Origin: an uncultured Bacilli bacterium
GTDB taxonomy: Bacteria > Bacillota_I > Bacilli_A > RF39 > UBA660
DNA: 61,018 nucleotides
Assembly: GCA_944358405.1 (NCBI GenBank)
Contig: CALVQX010000036.1
Coordinates: 1-61,018 of the forward strand
Direction: 5' to 3'
The position numbers and the translations under genes are program-made. Below, piece after piece: positions 1 to 8,114 of this stretch (positions are counted from its first letter, which is position 1; every line of letters starts with the position of its first letter). The notes under the pieces were generated by a model. It was not told where the DNA came from. It searched no databases and worked only from the letters and a program-made list of their open reading frames with translations.

Positions 1-2
1 AT

Positions 3-206
3 ACTTTAAAAGAAGATGATTCAACTATTATTGATAAGAAAGTCGCATTTAATATGAATATCATTAGAAAATCAGTGCTTTCAATTTTAAAAAATGTAGA
101 ATTTAAAAAGAAATATAGTTTAAAAAACAAAGTTACCTATATTAACGATAACTTTGCCTCTTGTTTAGATGATGTGTTAACTCAATTGTCATCGTCATGT
201 AAATAA
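3..206 (+). mobile_element. 3' end of an ISAs1-family (H-repeat-associated, DDE) transposase gene, truncated by the window edge
   Basis: The frame is open from the window edge to TAA at 204-206. It translates to TLKEDDSTIIDKKVAFNMNIIRKSVLSILKNVEFKKKYSLKNKVTYINDNFASCLDDVL. The pattern ED-S ... N-M-x-I-I-R-K-x-x-L-x-x-L-K ... K-x-S-L-K-x-K matches the conserved C-terminus of ISAs1 transposases as I recall it. Confidence 0.55.
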
Positions 207-310
207 ATCATTTTTTATGCTTTTGTCCTGAGGTGGAATAGAAAAAGCGTCAAGTTTTGTAAAGAAGTAAAGAAAAGGAAGGAAAAGTATCTAAAAACGA
301 AGTCGAAATT

Positions 311-319
311 TGTTATAAT
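311..319 (+). promoter_or_regulatory. extended -10 element TGTTATAAT upstream of the GH73 gene
   Basis: TGnTATAAT lies 30 nt upstream of the ATG at 349. The RBS GGGAGGG is at 337-343. No good -35 element is present. Confidence 0.35.
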
Positions 320-348
320 ATAATTGAGAAAGTATAGGGAGGGAAAAG

Positions 349-3300
349 ATGAAAAAGAAAATATTATTCTTAATTCTATTGGTTTTAACGATGTTAATTT
401 TACCAAAAGATACATATGCTTTTTCCTCTGCTGATTACGAGAATAAATCTTTATGTGGAAATTTTGAAGTAGCAGGATTACATACAGATGGAACGATAGC
501 AACCGTAAGCTGTCATAATACATATGAAGAAGCAAAAAACTTGATGAAAAATAATGGAGCAGATGACTTAGTCATATTTACTAAGGTATCAGGAAAAACC
601 AAAATAATCGATGCCAATGTTGCGTTATTAGATCTAAGTGTAAATCCAGAAACACTAACTTATTTTTATACAAATAGTGAACTAACTGGATCTTCTTATA
701 CGTATATGGATACAGGATCTTTATATGGGGGAGTAGATGGAGCTTTAATTGATAGTAGCTATTCTAACAGCCAAGGAGTATGGACAGCCAAAGTAAAAAT
801 TGGAAATTTCACTGGTTGGATTGCTCAAACAACCTATGAAGTAGTACCCTTAACCTGGGTAAAATCTTCGAGTAGTTATACGGTAACAGAGGAATCAATC
901 AGACATAATTATGTAGCAAAGATTCAAAATACATATTCTGGTTCAGCTGGAAGCACAATTGGACCTCGACCTGAGATGCTATCACCAGGGACTTATTATA
1001 GTTATGACGGACATTATTTTTATCAAGACTTAAAAACCTTAATTAAAGATTATAAAAATGGAAATTATAATAATTCTGTCAATAAGGATAATCCATATTA
1101 TAATTACTATATGTATCTATCAAATCATACCAGGACAAGTTACTCTAGTCAAAATATCGACGAATATATCAGAGATAATATGGGAATTACTCAAGATGTT
1201 TTTGGAAATGCTTCAAGTAATGGTAGTTCAAGATTATATGGCAAAGGAACATTTTTTTACTATGCTCAAGAAAAATATGGAGTCAATGCTATTTTGGCGC
1301 TAAGCTTGAGTAGAAATGAAACAGGAAATGGTCGAAGCAATTTAGCAATCAATAAAAATAATGGTTTTGGACTAAATGCGGTAGATACTTCTCCAACAGA
1401 ATCAGCAAAATGGTATGCCTCATTTGCAGAAAGCATTCTAGGTTATGCATCTAAATGGATCACGTATGGGTATGCTCATCCTAGAGATTGGCGTTATTTT
1501 GGACCACAGTTTGGAGATAAGTGGATTGGAATGAATGTAAAATATGCTTCAGATACCTATTGGAGTGAAAAAATGGCAGCCAATTATTATGCCTTAGATA
1601 AAGCCAAAGGATTACAAGATTATAACTTTTATCAATTAGGAGTAGTAAAAAGACAAGTCAATGCTATGAGTGATGCCAGTAACAGTTCAAAATTCGTCTA
1701 TTCTTATCCCGAGGCAGAAGATGCGGTAGTGATTATTGGAGAAAAACAAGGAGAAAGCGTAGAAGGAAATACCACTTGGTATCAAGTAGTGAGTGATTTA
1801 AATATTGATAGCAATTTCAATGAAATTACATCAGGGGATTATAACTGGGATAGTTATGTTTATATTCCAGCTGCTTATGTAAAGAAAATAAATAATGGAA
1901 AGAATGGATACATATCACCAAATGATGTAACAGAGTATCAAGACAAAGAGTATGAATATGATTTATATATAGGAAAGTATGAAGATAAAATTTTATTAGA
2001 ACCAAAAGTAGCAAAAAGTGTAAAAGAGACAAATTTCTATTATGATTCAGCACTAACTGCCCAAAAAGATCAAAAGCTTCTAAATAATCGTTATGTGATG
2101 GTTTATAGTGCAGCTTATGACAAAGATGGAGTAGCAGTTTCTTATTTAGTAACATCGGATTATTGGTATGATCAAAAAGAATGGGTGAGTGCGGATGCAA
2201 TTACTTTTGTAACTAGTGATTATGGTAAGTTCTCTGTAACAGCATCAGGAAATCAATATACCTGGGTAAATAGTATTCCAGAGGATACGAAAGATACATT
2301 AATTAGTGGGCATTATACCAATTCATATGCCCCAATACTAGAAGAACAGACGATAGATGGTCATAAATGGTATAAAGTTCCTGTAGATATATCTGGAACA
2401 ACAAATGAATTTGGCTGGACCCTAGCTTCTGCTCCAAATGTCTATGTAGAAAAACTAAATGTAAAAGCAGAAAATACTGCCCCAATTATCACAGCCAGTG
2501 ATAAAACTATAGTTCAAGGAACAAAGTTTGACTATCAAGATGGAGTAAAAGCAACAGACAACGAAGATGGAAATTTAACAAATCAAGTGAAAGTAGTAGA
2601 AGAAACAGTAAAAGTAGATGTAGTAGGAACTTATCAAGTAACTTATCAAGTTACAGATAAAAATAATACAACGACAACAAAAACAATTACTGTTACAGTA
2701 ACAGAAAATAAAAAGCCAGTAATTACTGCTAGTGATAAAGAAGTAATACAAGGTAGAAAACTAGATGAGTTAGAAAATGTTAGTGCAACAGATGAAGAAG
2801 ACGGAACAGTAGAAGTGAAAGTCAAAAATACTACGGTAAACCTAGAAGAACCAGGAGTATATGAAATTACTTATGAAGCAACAGATAGTTATCATCAAAC
2901 TACAGAAAAAACAATCCAAGTAACAGTAATCAAAGATGAAGCTCCGATCATTCATGCAGAAGATAAAACAATAACACAAGGAACAAAGTTCAATCCCCTA
3001 AAAGATGTCACTGCAGAAGACAAAGAAGATGGAACCTTAACAGAAATCACCGTAGAAGAAAATAATGTCAAAGAAGAAGAACTAGGAGAATATGAAGTTA
3101 CTTATAAAGTGGTAGATAGCTACAAAAATGAGACTTTCAAAACAATTAAAGTAACGGTAGTAGAAAATCAAAAACCAGTAATTCATGCAAAAGATAAAAC
3201 AATTTATTTAGAAGAGGAATTTGATGCCCTAAAAGATGTAACAGCAACTGATCCAGAAGATGGAGAAATAAAAAAGATAGAAGTAATCAAAAATGAAGTA

Positions 3301-4329
3301 AATACCAAGGAAATAGGGAAGTATCCAGTAATTTATCAAGTAACAGATTCTTTTGGTAATATCGTCACCAAAGAAATTACTGTAACGGTAGAAGAAAAGC
3401 AACTAGAAGAAAAAGATGGGGAATTTTATCTAAATGATTTATCTTGGGATGAAAAGAAAGAAATTTATACGATTAGTGGATATTTAATTATTCTAGATGT
3501 AGATAATACAGAAAAAAACCCAAAATATGAAATGATCTTTCAAGACAAACAAACAAAAGAAGAATATCGAGTAGAAGTAGATGCATGGTTAAAAGATGTT
3601 CCTTACGACTTAGGAAAAGAAAATGGAAAAGACTATTCTATTTCTTGGTTCAAAGGAGAAATAGATTTAAGTAAATTAAAAAATGGTGATTATGACTTAT
3701 ATATGGAAGCTCAAAAAGGTGATTATTATACAAGACAAGTAGTGGATAATTTATTTAATAAAGAGATTGATAAAAGAGCGGAAACGAAACATCAAGGATA
3801 TAATTTTAAAGTATTACTATCACTAAAGTCAAAGAAGATAGAGCTAAGTATCAGAGATGAATTGATTACTACTTCTACGGCAAATACTTTCCGTAATATG
3901 GTAAATGACTATGATCAAATGGAATTTGTAGATAACAAATTACATATAATAGGTACTTCTTATAACTATGATGGAACTTATAGTAAGAAAGAACAAATTC
4001 AAAGAAAATTAATCTTAGAAAATACCGAAAACTTTAAACAATATAGTTATGATATTGGTAGTACAAAAGATGGAAGTTATCAAGTAGTATCCACAGATAA
4101 TAAAGATAAAACCTATGCCTGGTATGATGCTATGATAGACATTGAAAACCTCCCAAAAGGAACATATACAATGTTAGTATATACAAAAACAATCGATTCT
4201 GAAGACTACGGAGAAATATCAGATATTTTTGCAGCTGTAAAAGATGAAAGTATAACCATTGGAGAAAAAGAATATACGATTCATCTAAATAAAGAAAGAC
4301 AAAATAGATTAGAACTAATTGTAAAATAA
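349..4329 (+). CDS. secreted multidomain peptidoglycan hydrolase with a GH73-type N-acetylglucosaminidase domain, an SH3b-like segment, four Ig-like repeats and two related C-terminal domains
   Basis: 1326-aa ORF with a signal peptide (MKKKILFLILLVLTMLILPKDTYA). The GH73-like core is YGVNAILALSLSRNETGNGRSNLAINKNNGFGLNAVD. Four tandem repeats follow the pattern P-[IV]-I-x-A-x-DK-x-I-x-QG-x-x-F/L ... V-x-ATD-x-EDG. The RBS GGGAGGG lies upstream. Confidence 0.85.
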   Translation: MKKKILFLILLVLTMLILPKDTYAFSSADYENKSLCGNFEVAGLHTDGTIATVSCHNTYEEAKNLMKNNGADDLVIFTKVSGKTKIIDANVALLDLSVNPETLTYFYTNSELTGSSYTYMDTGSLYGGVDGALIDSSYSNSQGVWTAKVKIGNFTGWIAQTTYEVVPLTWVKSSSSYTVTEESIRHNYVAKIQNTYSGSAGSTIGPRPEMLSPGTYYSYDGHYFYQDLKTLIKDYKNGNYNNSVNKDNPYYNYYMYLSNHTRTSYSSQNIDEYIRDNMGITQDVFGNASSNGSSRLYGKGTFFYYAQEKYGVNAILALSLSRNETGNGRSNLAINKNNGFGLNAVDTSPTESAKWYASFAESILGYASKWITYGYAHPRDWRYFGPQFGDKWIGMNVKYASDTYWSEKMAANYYALDKAKGLQDYNFYQLGVVKRQVNAMSDASNSSKFVYSYPEAEDAVVIIGEKQGESVEGNTTWYQVVSDLNIDSNFNEITSGDYNWDSYVYIPAAYVKKINNGKNGYISPNDVTEYQDKEYEYDLYIGKYEDKILLEPKVAKSVKETNFYYDSALTAQKDQKLLNNRYVMVYSAAYDKDGVAVSYLVTSDYWYDQKEWVSADAITFVTSDYGKFSVTASGNQYTWVNSIPEDTKDTLISGHYTNSYAPILEEQTIDGHKWYKVPVDISGTTNEFGWTLASAPNVYVEKLNVKAENTAPIITASDKTIVQGTKFDYQDGVKATDNEDGNLTNQVKVVEETVKVDVVGTYQVTYQVTDKNNTTTTKTITVTVTENKKPVITASDKEVIQGRKLDELENVSATDEEDGTVEVKVKNTTVNLEEPGVYEITYEATDSYHQTTEKTIQVTVIKDEAPIIHAEDKTITQGTKFNPLKDVTAEDKEDGTLTEITVEENNVKEEELGEYEVTYKVVDSYKNETFKTIKVTVVENQKPVIHAKDKTIYLEEEFDALKDVTATDPEDGEIKKIEVIKNEVNTKEIGKYPVIYQVTDSFGNIVTKEITVTVEEKQLEEKDGEFYLNDLSWDEKKEIYTISGYLIILDVDNTEKNPKYEMIFQDKQTKEEYRVEVDAWLKDVPYDLGKENGKDYSISWFKGEIDLSKLKNGDYDLYMEAQKGDYYTRQVVDNLFNKEIDKRAETKHQGYNFKVLLSLKSKKIELSIRDELITTSTANTFRNMVNDYDQMEFVDNKLHIIGTSYNYDGTYSKKEQIQRKLILENTENFKQYSYDIGSTKDGSYQVVSTDNKDKTYAWYDAMIDIENLPKGTYTMLVYTKTIDSEDYGEISDIFAAVKDESITIGEKEYTIHLNKERQNRLELIVK
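2479..3393 (+). repeat. four tandem coding repeats of about 76-78 aa (Ig-like, DUF5011-type) inside the GH73 gene
   Basis: Units start at 2479, 2713, 2941 and 3172. Each reads PxI(T/H)A(S/E/K)DK..(Q/L)G..F....V.A.D.EDG......V......G.Y.VTY.V.D......K.I.VTV. Confidence 0.7.
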
Positions 4330-4338
4330 AAGAAATTG

Positions 4339-4368
4339 AAAAGGATAGCACTTATGCTGTCCTTTTAT
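4339..4368 (+). terminator. rho-independent terminator of the GH73 gene
   Basis: Hairpin AAAAGGATAGCA-CTTA-TGCTGTCCTTTT, with one G-U pair, followed by ATT. Confidence 0.6.
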
Positions 4369-4412
4369 TGATATTTAACAAAATAATTAAACTAAATATA
4401 GAAAATTTCAGA

Positions 4413-4441
4413 TTGACATAAAGTATAATAAAGACTACAAT
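4413..4441 (+). promoter_or_regulatory. near-consensus sigma-A-type promoter (TTGACA, 17 nt, TACAAT) for the 49-aa ORF
   Basis: TTGACA is at 4413-4418 and TACAAT at 4436-4441, an exact 17-nt spacer. The RBS GAAAGGAGAG follows at 4446-4455. Confidence 0.55.
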
Positions 4442-4463
4442 AAACGAAAGGAGAGATAATTAT

Positions 4464-4613
4464 ATGGGAATCAAACATTTACATACAACAATTGATTATA
4501 AAAAATTAATAGAAGATCAAGCAAATATCGTTGTGGATAGAAGTTATGTACCACCAGTATCTAAAAAAGGAACTCAAAAAAAATTAAGAAAATCTTCTGT
4601 CAAAAGATCATAA
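4464..4613 (+). CDS. unannotated small protein, 49 aa, basic C-terminus, no recognisable family
   Basis: The ATG at 4464 is preceded by AAAGGAGAG with about 8 nt of spacing. The product is MGIKHLHTTIDYKKLIEDQANIVVDRSYVPPVSKKGTQKKLRKSSVKRS, ending at TAA 4611-4613. A consensus promoter lies upstream and two hairpins follow directly downstream. The ORF falls below the size cut-off of the supplied ORF track. Confidence 0.55.
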   Translation: MGIKHLHTTIDYKKLIEDQANIVVDRSYVPPVSKKGTQKKLRKSSVKRS

Positions 4614-4690
4614 AAAAACCTTCAAAAAGGTTTTTCAGGCTGTTGACAAAGTCGGTTTTTCAAACCGGCTTTGTTATACAGCCTTTTATA
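4614..4690 (+). terminator. two tandem hairpins after the 49-aa ORF
   Basis: Hairpin 1 is AAAAACCTT-CAAA-AAGGTTTTT at 4614-4635. Hairpin 2 is AGGCTGT..ACAAAGTCGGTTT-TTC-AAACCGGCTTTGT..ACAGCCT at 4637-4684, followed by TTTTAT. Confidence 0.6.
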
Positions 4691-4846
4691 TTTCCCACAA
4701 AAGTATAAAAAAAGAGCAATTTTAGGAAATTTCTATCTAAAATTACTCATATTTTGACATTTTTCTACCACTTTAAACCAACTAAAATATTAATTTTTTA
4801 AAATAGGTAGTTTGTCAACACTCTGAAAAACCTTCAAAAAGGTTTT

Positions 4847-6817
4847 TTATTTTGCGATCTCAATAGTATAAGTAACACCATTACAACTAGTAATTTCACT
4901 TCCTGGACCAATACCACCAATATAAGAGCCACTAGTTGCATCACCACCATCCACACCAACTACACTGATATTGACATTTGGATAGTTACTAGAAAAATAA
5001 GAATATAATGCTGACTGAACAGAAGAAAATCCACTATAATTTTTAAATATGTTATTAAGATCTCTACCTAAAGTATAAGTCTTAGAAATACACTCAGGAG
5101 TACTAGGAGTATCATCATCTTGATTAGAAGAATTAGAACCACTGTTGTTATTAGAACCAGAATTAGAGCTAGAAGAGTTAGCATTACTATTGGAACTATT
5201 ATTAGAAGAACCAGACTTTCCACTACTTAGAGTAACAGTAATCGTAGTTCCCTCAGAAACTTCACTACCAGCAGCAATCGATTGACTAATGACTTTGTCT
5301 TTTGCAACAGTAGTACTAGACTTATATACAAAGTTATAATCTAGACCGACTTTTTTTAATTGCGTAATCGCTGCACTCTTGTTCAACCCCTCTAAATCAG
5401 GAACTTCTAATTTAGCCCCATCTGAGATAGTTACAATAATGACATCATCATTTTTAATAACTTCTCCAGTTTGATAAGAATAAGAAATTACTTCTCCTTG
5501 ACGAACCTCACTACTAAATTCATGCTTTTCTTCATAGCGAATTTCGTATTTATCTGCCCAATCTTTAAATTCTTGATAAGAAGAGAATTTAGGCATTTTC
5601 AAGCTTCCTTTCGAAAGAATAATTTCAATTACCGTTCCCTGTTCTACAGTATCTCCTTTAGAGTAGTTTGCATCAAGCACTTGGTTTTCCGAAACACTAT
5701 CATCATATCGATCAGAAAAGGTTAGTTTTAATTTATTTTCAATGACCCATTCAGTAATCTCAGTCATACTCATCTTTTTTAAATCAGGAACTTGAATTTT
5801 TGGACCTTTACTAATAGAAACTGTAACAGTCTCATCTTCTGGTTTTACCATAGTAGCAGCATCAACGCTCTGCTTAGCAACATATCCACGTTTTACCTTT
5901 TTAGAAAATACATCTTCCAACTCATAACGAATTCGATTTTGCTTTAAATAAAACTCTGCTTCAAATTTGCTTTTTCCCAAAAGATCAATCAGTTTAATTG
6001 GATCATCATTTAATTCTTCTCCAAGGGAAAAAGTAAGTTGAATTTCTTCATTGCGTTTTAAATTTCCACTTTTATCTTGCTCAATAACCGTATCGACTGC
6101 CTTATCAGATTCGACAAACTCTACAGAAACATTAGATAAATAATTCTCTTGAATAAAAGTTAAAACTCTTTCACTATCCCAAGATACCATATTAGGAACA
6201 ATGACTTCTTTTTCAGGATTTGCTCCTTCGCTAACAGCAATAGTAATACTTTGAATATCTTTTAACTTCGTACCGACTTCAATATCTTGACTGATAATAG
6301 AATATTCAGGAATCATATCACTATATTCATACTCCTGTTCTATAGAAACATGATTCTTCTGTGCCCATGAAATGACATCTACTAAACTTTTCCCTACAAA
6401 ATTTTCTACTCTTTTAGAAGAAGGGAATAGTTCAATTTCTAAAGTATTGCAAATACCGATGGAAAAGAAAAGAATTAACAAAACAGTGGAAAAAAGAATC
6501 ATCCCTTTTTTACGATGTGGAATAATAAAGCATAACGCTACAAACAAAATACTAAAGAAAACAAGTAGTAAGTTTGGAATGAAAGTATTAAGAAAAGAAG
6601 AGGAAGAATCAAGAAAGACTAAAGTACACACAAAGTATCCAATTGCTACCAAAAGTAATAAAATAGCAAATCCTAAGATAATTTTACTTTTATGTATACC
6701 TCGGACATTTTCCTTCTTTTTCTCTTGTGGTTCCACTTTAGTAGCAATCTCATCTTTTACCATTTTATCCTGATCCTCTTGTTTAGAAGTTATTTTATTT
6801 TTCTTCTTTTTACTCAT
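4847..6817 (-). CDS. membrane protein with about seven extracellular PASTA domains, no kinase or PBP domain, a Ser/Asn-rich linker and a C-terminal domain
   Basis: 656-aa ORF with the RBS GGAGG upstream. The charged N-terminus is followed by about 4 TM helices. Repeated PASTA-like units are present, for example EVPDLEGLNKSAAITQLKKVGLDYNFVYKSSTTVAKDKVISQSIAAGSEVSEGTTITVTLSSG. The low-complexity stretch SGKSGSSNNSSNSNANSSSSNSGSNNNSGSNSSN follows. The terminator hairpin at 4825-4848 overlaps the stop codon. Confidence 0.8.
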   Translation of the reverse strand: MSKKKKNKITSKQEDQDKMVKDEIATKVEPQEKKKENVRGIHKSKIILGFAILLLLVAIGYFVCTLVFLDSSSSFLNTFIPNLLLVFFSILFVALCFIIPHRKKGMILFSTVLLILFFSIGICNTLEIELFPSSKRVENFVGKSLVDVISWAQKNHVSIEQEYEYSDMIPEYSIISQDIEVGTKLKDIQSITIAVSEGANPEKEVIVPNMVSWDSERVLTFIQENYLSNVSVEFVESDKAVDTVIEQDKSGNLKRNEEIQLTFSLGEELNDDPIKLIDLLGKSKFEAEFYLKQNRIRYELEDVFSKKVKRGYVAKQSVDAATMVKPEDETVTVSISKGPKIQVPDLKKMSMTEITEWVIENKLKLTFSDRYDDSVSENQVLDANYSKGDTVEQGTVIEIILSKGSLKMPKFSSYQEFKDWADKYEIRYEEKHEFSSEVRQGEVISYSYQTGEVIKNDDVIIVTISDGAKLEVPDLEGLNKSAAITQLKKVGLDYNFVYKSSTTVAKDKVISQSIAAGSEVSEGTTITVTLSSGKSGSSNNSSNSNANSSSSNSGSNNNSGSNSSNQDDDTPSTPECISKTYTLGRDLNNIFKNYSGFSSVQSALYSYFSSNYPNVNISVVGVDGGDATSGSYIGGIGPGSEITSCNGVTYTIEIAK

Positions 6818-6995
6818 AACAGACCTCCATTCTATCTAAAAATATTATACAATAAATAAGAAAAAATAGAAACTAAGAAGAAATGATCCCATGTAAAAAG
6901 GTGTCTATCAATAAGTAGTAAAAAGAACAAGAAAAATAGAAACTATACGAAAGTATTCATTTCGATGTTATAATAAAAAAGTAGGAGGTGAGAAT

Positions 6996-8114
6996 GTGAT
7001 AAAATTTAATAAAGTAAATAAAAAATATAAATCAACAGCCATCATTAAAGATCTATCTTTTACATTAGATGATGGAAAACTAATCTCTATCATTGGAGAA
7101 TCAGGTTGTGGAAAGACTACCACATTAAAAATGATCAATCGTTTGATCGAACCAACGAGTGGCGAAATTACGATTCATGGAAAAGACATTAAAACGATTA
7201 ATGAAATTAAACTTCGTAGGAAAATAGGATATGTAATCCAACAAACAGGTCTTTTTCCTCATATGACCATTCGAGACAATATTGAAATTATTGCCAAATT
7301 AGAAAAGATGCCAAAAGAAAAAAGGATACAAAGAGTCTCCGAGTTAATGGAAATGGTAGATTTAAAAGAAGAATTATTAGATCGCTATCCCAATGAATTA
7401 TCTGGAGGCCAACTACAAAGAGTTGGAATTGCTAGAGCATTTATGACCAATCCAGATATTATTTTAATGGATGAACCATTCAGTGCCCTTGATCCAATGA
7501 GTAGAGAGGCATTACAAGATGAACTTTTAAAAATCCAAGAAAAAGAGAAAAAAACAATTGTCTTTGTTACTCATGATATGGATGAAGCAATTAAATTATC
7601 AGATAAAATTGCTATTATGGATCAGGGACGTTTAGTCCAATATGATACGCCAGAGATGATTTTAAAACATCCGGCAACCGAGTTTGTAAAAAATTTTGTG
7701 GGCAAAAAAAGAATTTGGTCTTCTCCAGAACTAATTAAAGTAAAAGATATTATGATCGAACATCCCGTTACTTGTAGAAAAACAAATTCTATTTTCTATT
7801 GTTTAAATAAGATGCGTATGAACAAAGTAGATAGTCTAATGGTAACAACAGAAGAAAAAAAATTGGAAGGAATTTTATATGCTGCTACTTTCACCAATGA
7901 AAAATATAATATGAAAAAAGCCAAAGACTTTATGGAAGAAGATTATCTATCTGTACATCCAGAAGATTCTATTGTCGACTTAGCAAAGTTAGTAAGCGAT
8001 ATTAAAACAGCAACGATTCCAGTAGTAGATAATAACAATATTTTATGTGGCTTAATTACTAGAAGTAGTTTAGTAACAGCCTTAAGCCAACAGTTTATTG
8101 AGGAGGAAGAGTAA
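6996..8114 (+). CDS. glycine betaine/carnitine/choline-type ABC transporter ATP-binding protein with a C-terminal CBS pair (OpuAA/OpuCA-like)
   Basis: GTG start after GTAGGAGGTG. Walker A is GESGCGKTT, the signature is LSGGQLQRV and Walker B is ILMDEPFSALD. The C-terminal CBS-like region of about 120 aa is typical of Opu ATPases. Confidence 0.85.
   Translation: MIKFNKVNKKYKSTAIIKDLSFTLDDGKLISIIGESGCGKTTTLKMINRLIEPTSGEITIHGKDIKTINEIKLRRKIGYVIQQTGLFPHMTIRDNIEIIAKLEKMPKEKRIQRVSELMEMVDLKEELLDRYPNELSGGQLQRVGIARAFMTNPDIILMDEPFSALDPMSREALQDELLKIQEKEKKTIVFVTHDMDEAIKLSDKIAIMDQGRLVQYDTPEMILKHPATEFVKNFVGKKRIWSSPELIKVKDIMIEHPVTCRKTNSIFYCLNKMRMNKVDSLMVTTEEKKLEGILYAATFTNEKYNMKKAKDFMEEDYLSVHPEDSIVDLAKLVSDIKTATIPVVDNNNILCGLITRSSLVTALSQQFIEEEE

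Noticed and set aside
215-535. 106-aa minus-strand ORF overlapping the start of the GH73 gene
   Set aside because: It lies antisense to a strongly supported gene and its upstream region, and has no RBS. Its low-complexity Leu/Phe-rich translation is typical of antisense reading of AT-rich coding DNA.
1058-4351. Several internal ORFs of 60-124 aa inside the GH73 gene (1058-1303 +, 1826-2200 -, 2303-2485 -, 4130-4351 -)
   Set aside because: All are embedded in or antisense to the 1326-aa ORF, and none has an RBS or recognisable motifs.
5471-6773. Plus-strand ORFs 5471-5725 and 6372-6773 inside the PASTA gene
   Set aside because: Both are antisense to a gene with clear repeated PASTA units and give low-complexity products.
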